Below are positions 30,524 to 41,454 of a stretch of DNA of 64,000 bases, in pieces (position 1 is the first letter of the stretch; every line of letters starts with the position of its first letter). The notes beneath the pieces were generated by a model. It saw nothing but the letters and a program-made list of their open reading frames with translations. It did not search any database and had not been told where the DNA came from. The DNA lies in the IMG/VR virus record IMGVR_UViG_3300043425_001539, positions 124,001-188,000 of that record; one strand, given 5' to 3'. A program made the translations under genes and the position numbers.

Positions 30524-31279
30524 TTAAAACAATTGTTTATTATTTATCAAGTTTCCAGATATAACAGTTTTTGCTCTTTCTTCAAAATATTCCCATTTTT
30601 TAGGATTTTTAGCTCCTTGTGTTTTGCAAGATCTTAAATTTTCGTCCCAACTCCTTTTCCAACCAGCAATATCCGAATATGAAGATATTGTTTTAATAAT
30701 TGAAGGTGTTATTTGATACGTCATATTTTGAGGCTGAATGTGTTCAGCTAAAAATACATCTATTGACATTGAACATTTACCGTCATCTTCATTATCAACT
30801 ATATGTATTACTTTTTCTAATCCTTTATGTGTAAACAACATTGCATGAGTTAACAATGTGTATTGTGAAAGAGCAACCATATCATTAATAGGAGCCGATG
30901 GATATTTATCAGCACATCCTAAATATAATAGATCAAATTCAACTATACCTGATGAATTAAACCAAGCATCTAATTGTTCATACAAATCTTCGGGTATTAA
31001 AGCATCATCCTCAAGAACCAATATTCGATTATATCCTTTTTTCAAGGCATCTCGATAAATTTCTATATGCGATGACCAACATGCAATACAGGAAGGCTTT
31101 TTAACTCTTGTTCCTTTTCTATGTTTTTCTAAATCAATATCTGCTGCTTTGGTTGCATCCCAACGCTGGACATTAAGCCCAGCGTTGTTTGCCGTTTTTT
31201 GAATTTCATTCCACCTATCCTGTCTAAAATCCAAATTTATTACATATGCCGCATCCCAAAATTTTTCAAAGTTTTTCAT
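30524..31279 (-). CDS. GT25 glycosyltransferase
   Basis: YVINLDFRQDR, ACWSSH, ILVLEDDA and LLYLG motifs. Confidence 0.85.
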   Translation of the reverse strand: MKNFEKFWDAAYVINLDFRQDRWNEIQKTANNAGLNVQRWDATKAADIDLEKHRKGTRVKKPSCIACWSSHIEIYRDALKKGYNRILVLEDDALIPEDLYEQLDAWFNSSGIVEFDLLYLGCADKYPSAPINDMVALSQYTLLTHAMLFTHKGLEKVIHIVDNEDDGKCSMSIDVFLAEHIQPQNMTYQITPSIIKTISSYSDIAGWKRSWDENLRSCKTQGAKNPKKWEYFEERAKTVISGNLINNKQLF

Positions 31280-31306
31280 TTAATCTTAATAATATTTTTC
31301 ATTCAG

Positions 31307-32701
31307 CTAGAATAAAGACTTTGCTTTTACTTTAGCCAACTCTTTAATTTTTTGAACCAAAGGTTCCTCAATAATTTCTCTTAAAATTTCATCATTATAT
31401 TCTTCGCTCAATTTAATATTTACATTCGTTTCTTCTAAAAAACCGTTGAAAATGTTTGCTAGGAATGTTCCTTTACGTACACCTTTTAGGAATTTAACCT
31501 GCAATTCTTTTACCAATTTAATTCTCATAGCAGGATTTGATTCAAGTTCTTCAATCTTATCAAACATTTCCTGTGGAGTTTTAACTCTAATGTAATGATC
31601 CTTTGGTACTAAAGAATATTGCGTATCATAGTCAGGGTGAAAAAATGGAACTACTCCAACTCGCAGCATTTCAGCGTATTTACTGGTTACCCAATTAGGA
31701 CGAATTGGTATAATTAAAGTATAGCGAGTTCTTTTAAAGATTTCATCAATCTCATCAGCTGTTTTAAACCCTTTAAATTGTGAATAATTTGCAGTAAACC
31801 GTTCGTCCCATTTTCCATATATGTGATAATCATCTGAACCAGGACGATTTAAAATCCACGTTTTAAGAGCTTCTAATCTGTAGTCAATTTCTTGATGACC
31901 GTAAGCAGATTGCATTGCAACAACCGAAAATTTAACATCTCTCTCGTTATCTGGCGGTTCAATGGCTTCTCCAATTAAATTTAGTTTTTCAATTCCTGAA
32001 TATTTAAGAAAGAAATCTTCAGTTATTTCCTGTCCTTGTGATGGATTTGGATATGTATCATAATGCACCAAATTTATAGTTTCATTGTATTGCGCTATTC
32101 CCATTTTGGGTGCATTAACCATATCCCGCCATTTTTGAGTTTTCTTAATGTATCTGGGATCAGTCATTACCATGTACCATGGAATTTTTGACATATTTAG
32201 CCAATGAACAATCGGAGCACTATAAATTAGTGTCATGTCCAAAGTAGTTGTCATTCTGCTATTATCACGAATGCTTGGAATAATTCCTGGAATATTAACC
32301 ATCGTTAAACCTTGTGAAGCAAAACCTATACCAAAATCAGGCTGTTCTAAATGAGATACTTTTTCCCACAAATTTTTGTATGCTTCAATGTCTTTATTAC
32401 TTCTATCATTTAAACTTCCATCCTCATTTTTTGTTCTACCAGAAGATGTACTAATACCAAATTCAGTATAAATATCACGAATTATTCCTCTTGGATCAAT
32501 TTCAATTTTTTCTTGATTTGTGAGTTTTTTCCAGTCGCTTCTTTGCATAATCCAAAGTTCACTCACCGAGGCATTTCTTGCAAGACCAAAAAATAATTTA
32601 TAATATTCTGAACTGCCGTCTGACCTTTTTATTTTATTTTTGTTAAATTTTAAAGAAGAACCGATAGGGAAAATGGCAATCTTTATGTTTTCAGTTTTCA
32701 T
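31307..32701 (-). CDS. GT-B glycosyltransferase, phage DNA-glycosyltransferase-like
   Basis: TDPRY, IYGKW, RYTLIIP and WVTSKYAEMLRVGVVPFFHPDYD; lies in the nucleotide-modification block. Confidence 0.55.
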   Translation of the reverse strand: MKTENIKIAIFPIGSSLKFNKNKIKRSDGSSEYYKLFFGLARNASVSELWIMQRSDWKKLTNQEKIEIDPRGIIRDIYTEFGISTSSGRTKNEDGSLNDRSNKDIEAYKNLWEKVSHLEQPDFGIGFASQGLTMVNIPGIIPSIRDNSRMTTTLDMTLIYSAPIVHWLNMSKIPWYMVMTDPRYIKKTQKWRDMVNAPKMGIAQYNETINLVHYDTYPNPSQGQEITEDFFLKYSGIEKLNLIGEAIEPPDNERDVKFSVVAMQSAYGHQEIDYRLEALKTWILNRPGSDDYHIYGKWDERFTANYSQFKGFKTADEIDEIFKRTRYTLIIPIRPNWVTSKYAEMLRVGVVPFFHPDYDTQYSLVPKDHYIRVKTPQEMFDKIEELESNPAMRIKLVKELQVKFLKGVRKGTFLANIFNGFLEETNVNIKLSEEYNDEILREIIEEPLVQKIKELAKVKAKSLF

Positions 32702-32703
32702 AA

Positions 32704-34113
32704 TTAAAAATAATTGTTAAGTTTATTTTTCCAATTTTTGTTAAATGTTTTAATACTAAAAAGTTCTTCTAAATCATCAAGAAGTTTTTCACGTTCTTCA
32801 ATGTTTTCGTCAAAATATTTGACTTTTTGTTCTATATCTTTATGTGAATACACTAACAATTTAGATTGTATATATTCCGGTATTTGCAAATAAGCAGGAT
32901 CATAAAGAGGATCCAATAGTGGAAGAATTCTTAACCGCGCATATAATATCGGACGAAAATTTAAAGAATCATAATTTGATACACATCTAAATAATATTCC
33001 ATATTTATAGCGTGCAACTTGATCTTCATATTCATCAGGCACTAAATGTCCTAAATAATGAGGATGATTTTCCACATCATATAAAAGTTCAGAAAAAACC
33101 TCTTTTACTTTATTAAGATATTTATCGTTGCGTGATTTAGAGTGCAAAATTCCATTAGATCTTAGCGGAATGTATAAGCCAGCATCCGGAACTCGTAAAT
33201 TTTTAAGATATTTTTCCCATAGTTCAATCCTTCCTCCTTTTTCTTGAAATATAGTACCTGCAAAAAATACTGATTTATCTTTTTTACGCTTATCACTGCC
33301 AAACGATAATAAATCAATTTTTTTGTTTCTGCCATCCCATATAATATGTTGCAATTCCCCTATCGGAAATTCATAATAATCTCTGGTTCCTCTCTTATCA
33401 TCTTTAAAATAATATGCTTTAAACGGAATATTTTCATATTCAAAAATAGGAGAATAAAAAGCAGGATCATTTATAAATGCATATGCTGTATCAAAATTTT
33501 TGGCTTCTTTGAAAGCATACTTAACTAAATTGACAGTTATGTTTTTGAAATGTGACCCAAAAGCCAAAATCCTACATTTTGCATCAAAATTTTTGCATAT
33601 CTTTCGATTGGCAATTTTAATTTTTTCCAATTCAAAAGTATCAGGATTAATAGAATCATGGAATTCATTTTGCTGCAAATGTAAATCTAAATGTTCTTTT
33701 TTAGAAACATAAGAAGTCAACGGCAAAATAAAATCATCAGGATTAAATATTAATATTTTGGATAATTTAGAAAAAAATCCTTTTCCAAAAGTTTTGACAA
33801 ATTCCTCTGTTAAAATATTATGATTATATTCACAGTTAGAATCTTCTAAATCATCTACTCTCTTAAATCTTTCACTTTTTAAATATTTAATATAAATCTG
33901 ATCAATCCCCCACACTTGCCCATATTTTAAAAGTTCTTCATTATCATCTTTTTGGCCAGTTAAAATAACTAAGTTATATTTTTCTGTTAAAAATTCCATA
34001 ACAGGTACAGAAAATCCCATTATGTATGACATTCTTTTAAAATTTCTTGGCATTATACATAGTGCCATAGGTTTTTCTGAAGGCTCTACATCATTAAATT
34101 TAGTGTATAACAT
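32704..34113 (-). CDS. GT-B glycosyltransferase, T4 beta-glucosyltransferase-like C-terminus
   Basis: FINDP, VFFAGT...GGR and SLNFRP...ILPLLDPLYD motifs. Confidence 0.5.
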   Translation of the reverse strand: MLYTKFNDVEPSEKPMALCIMPRNFKRMSYIMGFSVPVMEFLTEKYNLVILTGQKDDNEELLKYGQVWGIDQIYIKYLKSERFKRVDDLEDSNCEYNHNILTEEFVKTFGKGFFSKLSKILIFNPDDFILPLTSYVSKKEHLDLHLQQNEFHDSINPDTFELEKIKIANRKICKNFDAKCRILAFGSHFKNITVNLVKYAFKEAKNFDTAYAFINDPAFYSPIFEYENIPFKAYYFKDDKRGTRDYYEFPIGELQHIIWDGRNKKIDLLSFGSDKRKKDKSVFFAGTIFQEKGGRIELWEKYLKNLRVPDAGLYIPLRSNGILHSKSRNDKYLNKVKEVFSELLYDVENHPHYLGHLVPDEYEDQVARYKYGILFRCVSNYDSLNFRPILYARLRILPLLDPLYDPAYLQIPEYIQSKLLVYSHKDIEQKVKYFDENIEEREKLLDDLEELFSIKTFNKNWKNKLNNYF

Positions 34114-34116
34114 AAT

Positions 34117-35724
34117 TTATTTGGATAAATTCTTTTCTTTAATTAAATTAATACAGCGGATTAAAAAAGCACGTTGCCTGTTTGGATCATCTGAATGGAA
34201 AGGAATTGCTGTTAAAAGTAAAAGAATTGCCAATCTTTCAAGTAATTCCGTATCATATCCCAATTCATTTAATAATTCTTTTAGAAATAAATGTAATTCT
34301 TTAGAATTTTCAACCCAATTTATTTCAACTACTTCTTGATTATCTTTTTTAACAATCTTATATCTATCAGCAATTAACATGGAATACCCGCAATAAAAAT
34401 CTTGCAACAGTTTTCCCATATCATATCGCATATCACCAGCAGTTCCTACTATATCCCCAAAACTCCCGCGTGGGTCTACAAATTTAATGTTTCCGCTATA
34501 TGCATCATATATGATATTTGCTAAATGGCTATCACCGTGTATTACTCCTGACCAATTTGGATTTTTGGAAAGTTCGGTTGCAGTGTTTTCAAAAAAAGTA
34601 TTTACTAATTGCTGTTGTTCTTGAGAAATTTTAACTTGTTTAAATATTGTTGCAAGACGATCAGCATTTCTTTGGTAATAATTTCTATAGCAAACGTCAT
34701 TAACATTCAGATTTTCTAAATTAGAATCTTTACATAAAAAGATTGAATGATGTACTTTTATAATTTTACGAATGATCTCTCGCCAAACATCAAGTCTTAA
34801 ATTATCATAAACAAGAACTTCATTTAAGGCAACGCCAGGTTCAAGTGACATTTCTAAAACACCATAATCACTATCCAACACTCTTGGACAAAATAAAGAT
34901 TGGAATTTATTTAATGATTTAAACCATTTCTTTTCCTGCTCAATCTTTTCTTTTTTAATCTCTGTGTCTGAGGTTTTTGTAATAGTCCCAAAAAAAGTGT
35001 TAACTTCAATTTTATTAAACGCTCTTGCGGATCTATTTAATAAACGTGCTTTTGATTCATAATATGAATTTAACTCTCCACAATCATACCAATACTGTGC
35101 TTCAATTAAATAATCCCCCCAATTCAGTTTAGATAATCTAGCATATTCAGTAAGTAATTCAGCAATTTGGTGTTCTCCTTTATGTGTTGGACAAATCATT
35201 CCTCTTTTAACTGAATCCACAAAAATATCTCTAGACGTAAAATTATACACTCCAATTAATGCTAAATTAGTTGGCGGGTCAGATAATTTATCATATAATT
35301 TTCCATTATGGTCAATCAGGCACCAGCGTTGTGGGTCGTCTACTTTATTGACAGCTAAAAAATCATTATTATAATCAAATTCATCAAGACATATAGTATC
35401 ACCTAGCCAAACAGTAACTGGCCCAGGCTGTTCTGATGCGTCTGCACCCAACATAATTGCATGTAATGGGCCTTTTTTATCACGCTGAGTTACAAATTTA
35501 AAATTTAACTGCGGGTAAACTCTTTTCAAGAATTTTCGAATATCTCCAAGTTCATTTTCAACTATAATGTATTCTGAAAACTTTGTTTTTGATTTTTCTA
35601 AATGTTCAATAATATAACTGATTAATGGCCTGCCATTTACAGGTATCATTGCTTTACTAACGCCATTAGATAATGGTTTCATGCGAGTTGCTAAGCCCGC
35701 CGCTGGGATAATAACTGTCCTCAT
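34117..35724 (-). CDS. Sugar-phosphate nucleotidyltransferase fused to an APH-like kinase
   Basis: IIPAAGLATRMKP..SKAMIPVNGRP, WLGD and WYDCG; kinase motifs IHGDSHLANI, FVDPRG and YDMGKL. Confidence 0.8.
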   Translation of the reverse strand: MRTVIIPAAGLATRMKPLSNGVSKAMIPVNGRPLISYIIEHLEKSKTKFSEYIIVENELGDIRKFLKRVYPQLNFKFVTQRDKKGPLHAIMLGADASEQPGPVTVWLGDTICLDEFDYNNDFLAVNKVDDPQRWCLIDHNGKLYDKLSDPPTNLALIGVYNFTSRDIFVDSVKRGMICPTHKGEHQIAELLTEYARLSKLNWGDYLIEAQYWYDCGELNSYYESKARLLNRSARAFNKIEVNTFFGTITKTSDTEIKKEKIEQEKKWFKSLNKFQSLFCPRVLDSDYGVLEMSLEPGVALNEVLVYDNLRLDVWREIIRKIIKVHHSIFLCKDSNLENLNVNDVCYRNYYQRNADRLATIFKQVKISQEQQQLVNTFFENTATELSKNPNWSGVIHGDSHLANIIYDAYSGNIKFVDPRGSFGDIVGTAGDMRYDMGKLLQDFYCGYSMLIADRYKIVKKDNQEVVEINWVENSKELHLFLKELLNELGYDTELLERLAILLLLTAIPFHSDDPNRQRAFLIRCINLIKEKNLSK

Positions 35725-36116
35725 ATTAAATTTTCTTTTATAATAATTGATTCGTAATTTTTAGATTTTTCAGTAATAAATGATTTAAGAGAAAGATTTC
35801 TATTATCTACATAAACAGGATTTTTCCCCCAAGGTTTGCCTGTGTGTAATTCGTGGTATTTAACATTAAATCTGCTCAGCCAATCTATTAAGATTGGTTC
35901 GTGATATTCTTTTATTTTTTCTTTGTTTCCATTAAAAGTGCGATAACCGCGCGCGGTAAACAAGATAATTTTATGCCCTTCATCAAATAATTGATTTATT
36001 TTATATATTGTTTCTTTGATAGGTACAGCGTTTGGATAATCATAAGACCCTGAATCCAATTTAGGAGCATCACATATAGTACCGTCAATATCTATAATAA
36101 AAGTCATTAATTCCAT
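35721..36116 (-). CDS. HAD-family phosphatase (capsule biosynthesis phosphatase-like)
   Basis: IDIDGTIC, LFTARG and GKPW..YVDN motifs. Confidence 0.8.
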   Translation of the reverse strand: MELMTFIIDIDGTICDAPKLDSGSYDYPNAVPIKETIYKINQLFDEGHKIILFTARGYRTFNGNKEKIKEYHEPILIDWLSRFNVKYHELHTGKPWGKNPVYVDNRNLSLKSFITEKSKNYESIIIKENLI

Positions 36117-36343
36117 TATAAAATTTTTATTTTTTTTACCCAAATTGTGTCACCAGGAAATAGGTTTTTGTTAGTTACAAAAGTACCGCATTTTGTAAAT
36201 ACCTGGGTTTGGATTCTTTCAGATTGACCATGCATCAAAACTTTTGTTTTTTGAGATCTTTCAACAACACAAGGACATTTAGTTGTTAAACTATCAACAC
36301 ATGAAGATAATGTAAATAAAGTACTTAAAATAAATATTTTCAT
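36116..36343 (-). CDS. Small lipoprotein
   Basis: Lipobox LSSC after a hydrophobic N-terminus. Confidence 0.55.
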   Translation of the reverse strand: MKIFILSTLFTLSSCVDSLTTKCPCVVERSQKTKVLMHGQSERIQTQVFTKCGTFVTNKNLFPGDTIWVKKIKIL

Positions 36344-36356
36344 ATTTATTCTATAC

Positions 36357-37334
36357 TTAAAATTTAAAAAGTTTTTGATTATAGAAATAAAACATACCTA
36401 TTTCTGATGAATTTTCGTTTAAAATTTCTATATTTTCAAGAATAAATCCATTACTTAAAAATAAATTTAGCAAATCATTTTTAATTGTTTTTGAATGATA
36501 TTCAATAGCAACTTTTTTAATTTTATTTTGTAAAAAAGATTGATCCAAAGAATTAAAAATTTCAAATTCAGCGCCTTCACAATCAACTTTTAAATAATCA
36601 ATTTTATCTAAATTTTCTTGAGCAATTAAATCATTTAAACTAATTGCGTTTACAAAAATTTCTTGTGATATAGCATCAAAAAAATTATTTTGAGTTTCTG
36701 GGTTATAAATTCTGTTGGAAACACCACCTTCAGCTAATAAAAAATTAATAGTTCCTGATTTATCCGAAACGGCATATTTATAACATTTAATGTTGTTAAA
36801 ACTACTTACATTTTTCTCTAAACACTCATATTCTTTAGGGCTTGGTTCAACTGCAACAACTTTGCTTGGATTAAAATTTTGCGCATAGACGGAAAACATT
36901 CCTAAATTAGCCCCAATGTCAACAACAACATCATCTTTTTCTATTTTTACAAAGTCCCTGTCATAAATTTTATCATAAAAAACTTCCATCAAAGTATAAA
37001 ATGCTGGGAGATTGATGTGATTAAAAAATATTTTTTTTCCGTTAACAACTGGAGATCTATAAGAACCTGCTAAAATAACCGTTTCTTTTTGTATTAATTC
37101 TTCAAGTTCTACGATAAAAGATATTTTTGTAAGATATCTATCCATTATTGCAGGAATGATATAATATGAAGAATTTTCGGATAATTCCCAATTATCAAAA
37201 ACACATACAGGAAGTAAACTTTCATCATCATAAATACTCACTTTATATTTGTGTATTCCTGGATATTTTACAGTAAAATGAATTTCGCTTAATTCTTGAT
37301 TAACTTGATCTAATTCAATTAATTTATTCATCAA
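36357..37334 (-). CDS. FkbM family methyltransferase
   Basis: VVDIGANLG, AVEP and YLKVDCEGAE motifs. Confidence 0.85.
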   Translation of the reverse strand: MMNKLIELDQVNQELSEIHFTVKYPGIHKYKVSIYDDESLLPVCVFDNWELSENSSYYIIPAIMDRYLTKISFIVELEELIQKETVILAGSYRSPVVNGKKIFFNHINLPAFYTLMEVFYDKIYDRDFVKIEKDDVVVDIGANLGMFSVYAQNFNPSKVVAVEPSPKEYECLEKNVSSFNNIKCYKYAVSDKSGTINFLLAEGGVSNRIYNPETQNNFFDAISQEIFVNAISLNDLIAQENLDKIDYLKVDCEGAEFEIFNSLDQSFLQNKIKKVAIEYHSKTIKNDLLNLFLSNGFILENIEILNENSSEIGMFYFYNQKLFKF

Positions 37335-38811
37335 TTTTATTATTTATGTGGAAAATTACTTGATTGTAATAGTTTAAAAAATGCTCATTATACAAATCCC
37401 ATTTGATATCTATTCCGTCCAACGAATAAACATCAAACTGTTTAAATCTTGGTAGGTATTCATATATAAATTTTTTAAATTTTTCTTTTCGTTCTTGATT
37501 TTCAAGGTGCCATTCACCTACAATTACTTTAACATTATTAACCAAAAAATCTATGTTTTCTTCATTAAATATGTAATATTCGCCGCCTTCACAATCAGTT
37601 TTCAAAAAATCAATATATTCAATTGCATATAATTCTCTGAAAGTTTTAAATTTAATTGTTTCTACGTTTCCATTCCAAAAATATGTATCAAATGCATTAG
37701 TAATGCCATCTCCTTCATATATTGCCTTATTAATATTACAAACAGGCATACCTAAAGTATTCTTTACAAGAATGGGAAATTCAACTTTAGAAGGTTCCAA
37801 TGTATATACTTGAAGAGGCTTTTTATCTAAAATAAAATATGTAAAAGGACCTACACTTGCACCAATATCAACCACTATATCGCCTTCTTGAACATCATAA
37901 AGCTTGTTATAAACTTTTTCGATAAATATTTCATTAATTAAAAATTCTTTAGTCGATGTGTGTTCCATCGGTCCCCAGTTAAAATTTGCCAATAAACTAT
38001 TTTTTTGGTATTGAGAATCAATAATGTTAACATAAAAAATTGGTAATGATAATTTCATTGCGGCTGGCAATATCAGCATTTCTTTGTTCCAATAAAAATA
38101 AATGTGAATAAGATGAACGGGATAAGAATGATATCCCATATCATGTGGGATTGCATAATCTTCTCTAACATCCCAAATATTATATCCTAATCTATAAATA
38201 GCATTACTTTGTTCTACTTGTCCTACTTCCTCAGCCCTGCGATAATTATATTCAGCATTTTCTGTTATTTCTGTTGTATGAGGTAAACATCCATATTTTT
38301 CCCATGCTTCATTTAGAACTTTATAAGAAGAAAAACCTATTGAATTTCCTGCGTGTACAGGCGCTGGATATTCAGGAGTAGGTCTTCTAACAACCATACA
38401 AAGATATCCGGTATTAGGTAAACTATTAAATTTTTTAATTAAATATTGGTCAAAATTATTTATGTTAAAGAAATAATCGTCTTCGGTGAATATGTAATAG
38501 TCATACGTATCTTTATATTTTCCAAATACATCTGACCATGCTCCATAACTCATGCCAATGTTTTTTCTTTGTATTAATTCTACATCAGCATTTCTGATTT
38601 TATTAGGAATTAATTCTTGTGCTTGCGCAAATAATTCTGAGTGTTCATTTTCATAATTAACAACAAAAACTATTTTTTCTAAATCATGTTCTAGATTACA
38701 TAAATCATTAATTTGTGTTTTTAAATAAATTAATCGGTCTTGGTCATACACAGAATTACTATGTCTTCTGTTACCAAACCAAACACAACATACATAACAT
38801 ACTTTATTCAT
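37324..38811 (-). CDS. Glycosyltransferase-like domain fused to FkbM methyltransferase
   Basis: N-terminal NIGMSYG...YIFTEDDY; C-terminal VVDIGASVG and FLKTDCEGGE. Confidence 0.75.
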   Translation of the reverse strand: MNKVCYVCCVWFGNRRHSNSVYDQDRLIYLKTQINDLCNLEHDLEKIVFVVNYENEHSELFAQAQELIPNKIRNADVELIQRKNIGMSYGAWSDVFGKYKDTYDYYIFTEDDYFFNINNFDQYLIKKFNSLPNTGYLCMVVRRPTPEYPAPVHAGNSIGFSSYKVLNEAWEKYGCLPHTTEITENAEYNYRRAEEVGQVEQSNAIYRLGYNIWDVREDYAIPHDMGYHSYPVHLIHIYFYWNKEMLILPAAMKLSLPIFYVNIIDSQYQKNSLLANFNWGPMEHTSTKEFLINEIFIEKVYNKLYDVQEGDIVVDIGASVGPFTYFILDKKPLQVYTLEPSKVEFPILVKNTLGMPVCNINKAIYEGDGITNAFDTYFWNGNVETIKFKTFRELYAIEYIDFLKTDCEGGEYYIFNEENIDFLVNNVKVIVGEWHLENQERKEKFKKFIYEYLPRFKQFDVYSLDGIDIKWDLYNEHFLNYYNQVIFHINNKIDE

Positions 38812-39764
38812 TATTTTAAATGTTTAATATAATTTATGGCAAAAAAATGATTTTTATCAATTTGTGTAAAATCATATTCTTTTTCCAATGTTTTGTCAAT
38901 AATTATTTTTATACTATCAATTTCATCAATACTTCCAATTCTATTTAATCTCCAAACATTATTACTCATTTTAACATTTAATGTTGATTGATTATTAACT
39001 ATAAAAAAAGTGTCAATATCTTTTTCATATTTGTTAAATCCTAATACAAAGCTGTATATGCTTTCTCCATCACTTAAAACAATAGCCCAATCATCATTAT
39101 TATCAGTGTTAAATAAATTTGTTTTTATGCAAGCGTTGTATTTATCCAAATTTTCTTGATATGCAACATCTAAATCAAAGAATTCCTTACTAAATTCTTC
39201 TAAAACTTTGCAATTATTTGAATTTACGTATCTTTCTACATTGTTATCAAAATAATTTATCCAATCATTTGTCAAAACCGAAATATTTAACGAATATGAT
39301 GAATAAACGCCCAAATTAGCAGGATGATTATACCAAATTATTGGATGATTATCCAATTTAATTGAGTTTTCTTCTAAAATTTTGTGATCAACAATAATAC
39401 TATCATATTCTAAAAAATGCAGTTTGTTGTACCCAATAGCTTTACAAAATTTTATACCATCAAATATTAATTTTCCTGCTGCAATTATATGATTAAATTT
39501 TTTCACTTCTGATGTAGAAATATGAAACAAATCATTACGCCAAGCTAACGAAAATTTATGATAAAAATTAGTAAGCAGTTGGTTTTCTTTATTATAAATA
39601 ACATAATTACATAGTTCAAAGACTTCATCAGAAAGTTTTGAATTTGCTGAAACCACCACATCATATTTTTCTCGATTAATTGAATTTATTAAATTAATCA
39701 ATAATTTTTTCCTAACTAAATCAGGTGTGTGCGCAGTTATTAAAATAACTTCTTTATTAGTCAT
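38811..39764 (-). CDS. Glycosyltransferase-like hypothetical protein (paralogue of 41455..42456)
   Basis: VILITAH, YNKENQL and HFLEYD versus MISTY, YTKENPV and FHLIYD in the paralogue. Confidence 0.5.
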   Translation of the reverse strand: MTNKEVILITAHTPDLVRKKLLINLINSINREKYDVVVSANSKLSDEVFELCNYVIYNKENQLLTNFYHKFSLAWRNDLFHISTSEVKKFNHIIAAGKLIFDGIKFCKAIGYNKLHFLEYDSIIVDHKILEENSIKLDNHPIIWYNHPANLGVYSSYSLNISVLTNDWINYFDNNVERYVNSNNCKVLEEFSKEFFDLDVAYQENLDKYNACIKTNLFNTDNNDDWAIVLSDGESIYSFVLGFNKYEKDIDTFFIVNNQSTLNVKMSNNVWRLNRIGSIDEIDSIKIIIDKTLEKEYDFTQIDKNHFFAINYIKHLK

Positions 39765-40242
39765 ATTTATATTCCGATCTTAGCATTGACATTATACAAG
39801 AATCAATGTAAACATTATTTTTTAGTACTTCTTGTCTTTTTGTTCCTTCATTAAAAAAACCTAACTTATGATATAAATTAATTGCTCGTTTATTGGTTAC
39901 AAGAACTTCAAGAGAAACTTTGTTTAAATTATAGTCGCCAAAAAGAATTGGCAAAAATTTTTTATACGCTTGGTATCCATAACCTTTTCCTTGAAATTTT
40001 GGATGAATATCTGCGCCTACATATATATTTTTGCTTTCTTGTGAATGATTGCTTAATCTAAAATATCCTATTCTTTCTTCGTTTAACCATATAATCCAAT
40101 AGTCTGGTTTAAATGTATTAAACCAGACCAAAGATTCGTCAACAGTAAAAGTCCTTGAATCGTGTAAATATTCTTGAGCGACAAGATTTCTTGTTTCATT
40201 AAGAAACGGTACATCTTCCACTGTTATTTTTTTTATAATCAT
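39757..40242 (-). CDS. GNAT N-acetyltransferase (PseH/RimJ-like)
   Basis: FQGKGYG and LEVLVTNKRAINLYHKLGF; adjacent to a sugar aminotransferase. Confidence 0.85.
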   Translation of the reverse strand: MIIKKITVEDVPFLNETRNLVAQEYLHDSRTFTVDESLVWFNTFKPDYWIIWLNEERIGYFRLSNHSQESKNIYVGADIHPKFQGKGYGYQAYKKFLPILFGDYNLNKVSLEVLVTNKRAINLYHKLGFFNEGTKRQEVLKNNVYIDSCIMSMLRSEYKYD

Positions 40243-40248
40243 TTTAAT

Positions 40249-41430
40249 TTACCATCCTTTTTTGATACAATCTACAATATATTCACGCTCTTCGTTTGTA
40301 ACCCACCATCCAACTGGTATTGACACAATTTTAGGAATTGTATTATCCAATACGGGTAAATGCGAAATATAATCTCTAACCGCAGTATGTTTATCATTTC
40401 GCTCGTGAACTTGTGAAACTACAATATTGCATTCTTTCATCCATTTATAAAAACCGTCTCTGTCTTCAACCAACATACTGTATATCCAAAATGCTGATTC
40501 ATGGTCAGGATTTCTTTCCAACAAAGTAAGGCCATTGCTACCTGCTAAATTACGATCATAATAAGCGGCGTTTTCCTGGTGTCTTTTGATAATTTTTTCG
40601 GAATGTTTTAAGTTTTCCATTCCAACAGTTGCGCACACATCATTCATATGAAATTTAAAACCCCATTCAATAATATCTGCTTCACATCTGAAATCTTTGC
40701 GGTTTCCTTCGCGGTCAATTCCATACCAACGTATTAATTTTCCTCTGTCATGCAATTCTTTGTGTGGAGACAATAATAGACCGCCATCAATTGAAGTTAT
40801 ATGTTTAATTGCTTGCAGTGAATACATGGTTAAATTTCCATGCGTTCCGATATGTTTACCTTTATACTTTGACCCAAAAGAATGCGCGCCATCTTCGATA
40901 ACAGCAGGCTTAAAGCCGTACATTTGATATGCCTTGTTTTGTATCTGTTTAATTTTATCAAGATCAATAGGATATCCACCCCAATGTACAGCCATTATCA
41001 CTTTTGTTTTTGGAGTAATTTTTCTAGCTAAATCATCCAAATCCATGTTTAATGTATTGGGATCAATGTCAACCCATTTGATTTTTAAACCATTTGCTAA
41101 TATAGGCCAGTTACTTGCAGTGCATGTCATTGCTGTTGTTAACACCTCATCACCCGGTTCTAATCCGGGCCAATTATATTCTACATTTGCAACTCCGTGA
41201 TACATTTTTTGGGAAATTTCAGGCTTTTTAAGCATGTGTAGTGCCATGTGTAATGCTGAAGTTCCTGCATTTAATGTTAGTACATAATCATGGTTAAAAT
41301 ATTCTTTAAGTTGTTTTTCAAATTCATCAACTTTAGGGCCTTGACCAATATAACCACTGTTTAATACCTTTCCTACTTCTTCAGCGGCAGTAGGCGCCAT
41401 AAAAACTTTGAATAGTTGAATAGTTTCCAT
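40249..41430 (-). CDS. DegT/DnrJ/EryC1/StrS sugar aminotransferase
   Basis: GTSALH, AVHWGG, IEDGAHSFG and SLQAIKHITSIDGG motifs. Confidence 0.9.
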   Translation of the reverse strand: METIQLFKVFMAPTAAEEVGKVLNSGYIGQGPKVDEFEKQLKEYFNHDYVLTLNAGTSALHMALHMLKKPEISQKMYHGVANVEYNWPGLEPGDEVLTTAMTCTASNWPILANGLKIKWVDIDPNTLNMDLDDLARKITPKTKVIMAVHWGGYPIDLDKIKQIQNKAYQMYGFKPAVIEDGAHSFGSKYKGKHIGTHGNLTMYSLQAIKHITSIDGGLLLSPHKELHDRGKLIRWYGIDREGNRKDFRCEADIIEWGFKFHMNDVCATVGMENLKHSEKIIKRHQENAAYYDRNLAGSNGLTLLERNPDHESAFWIYSMLVEDRDGFYKWMKECNIVVSQVHERNDKHTAVRDYISHLPVLDNTIPKIVSIPVGWWVTNEEREYIVDCIKKGW

Positions 41431-41454
41431 TAATATTTAATTTATTTATTTATC

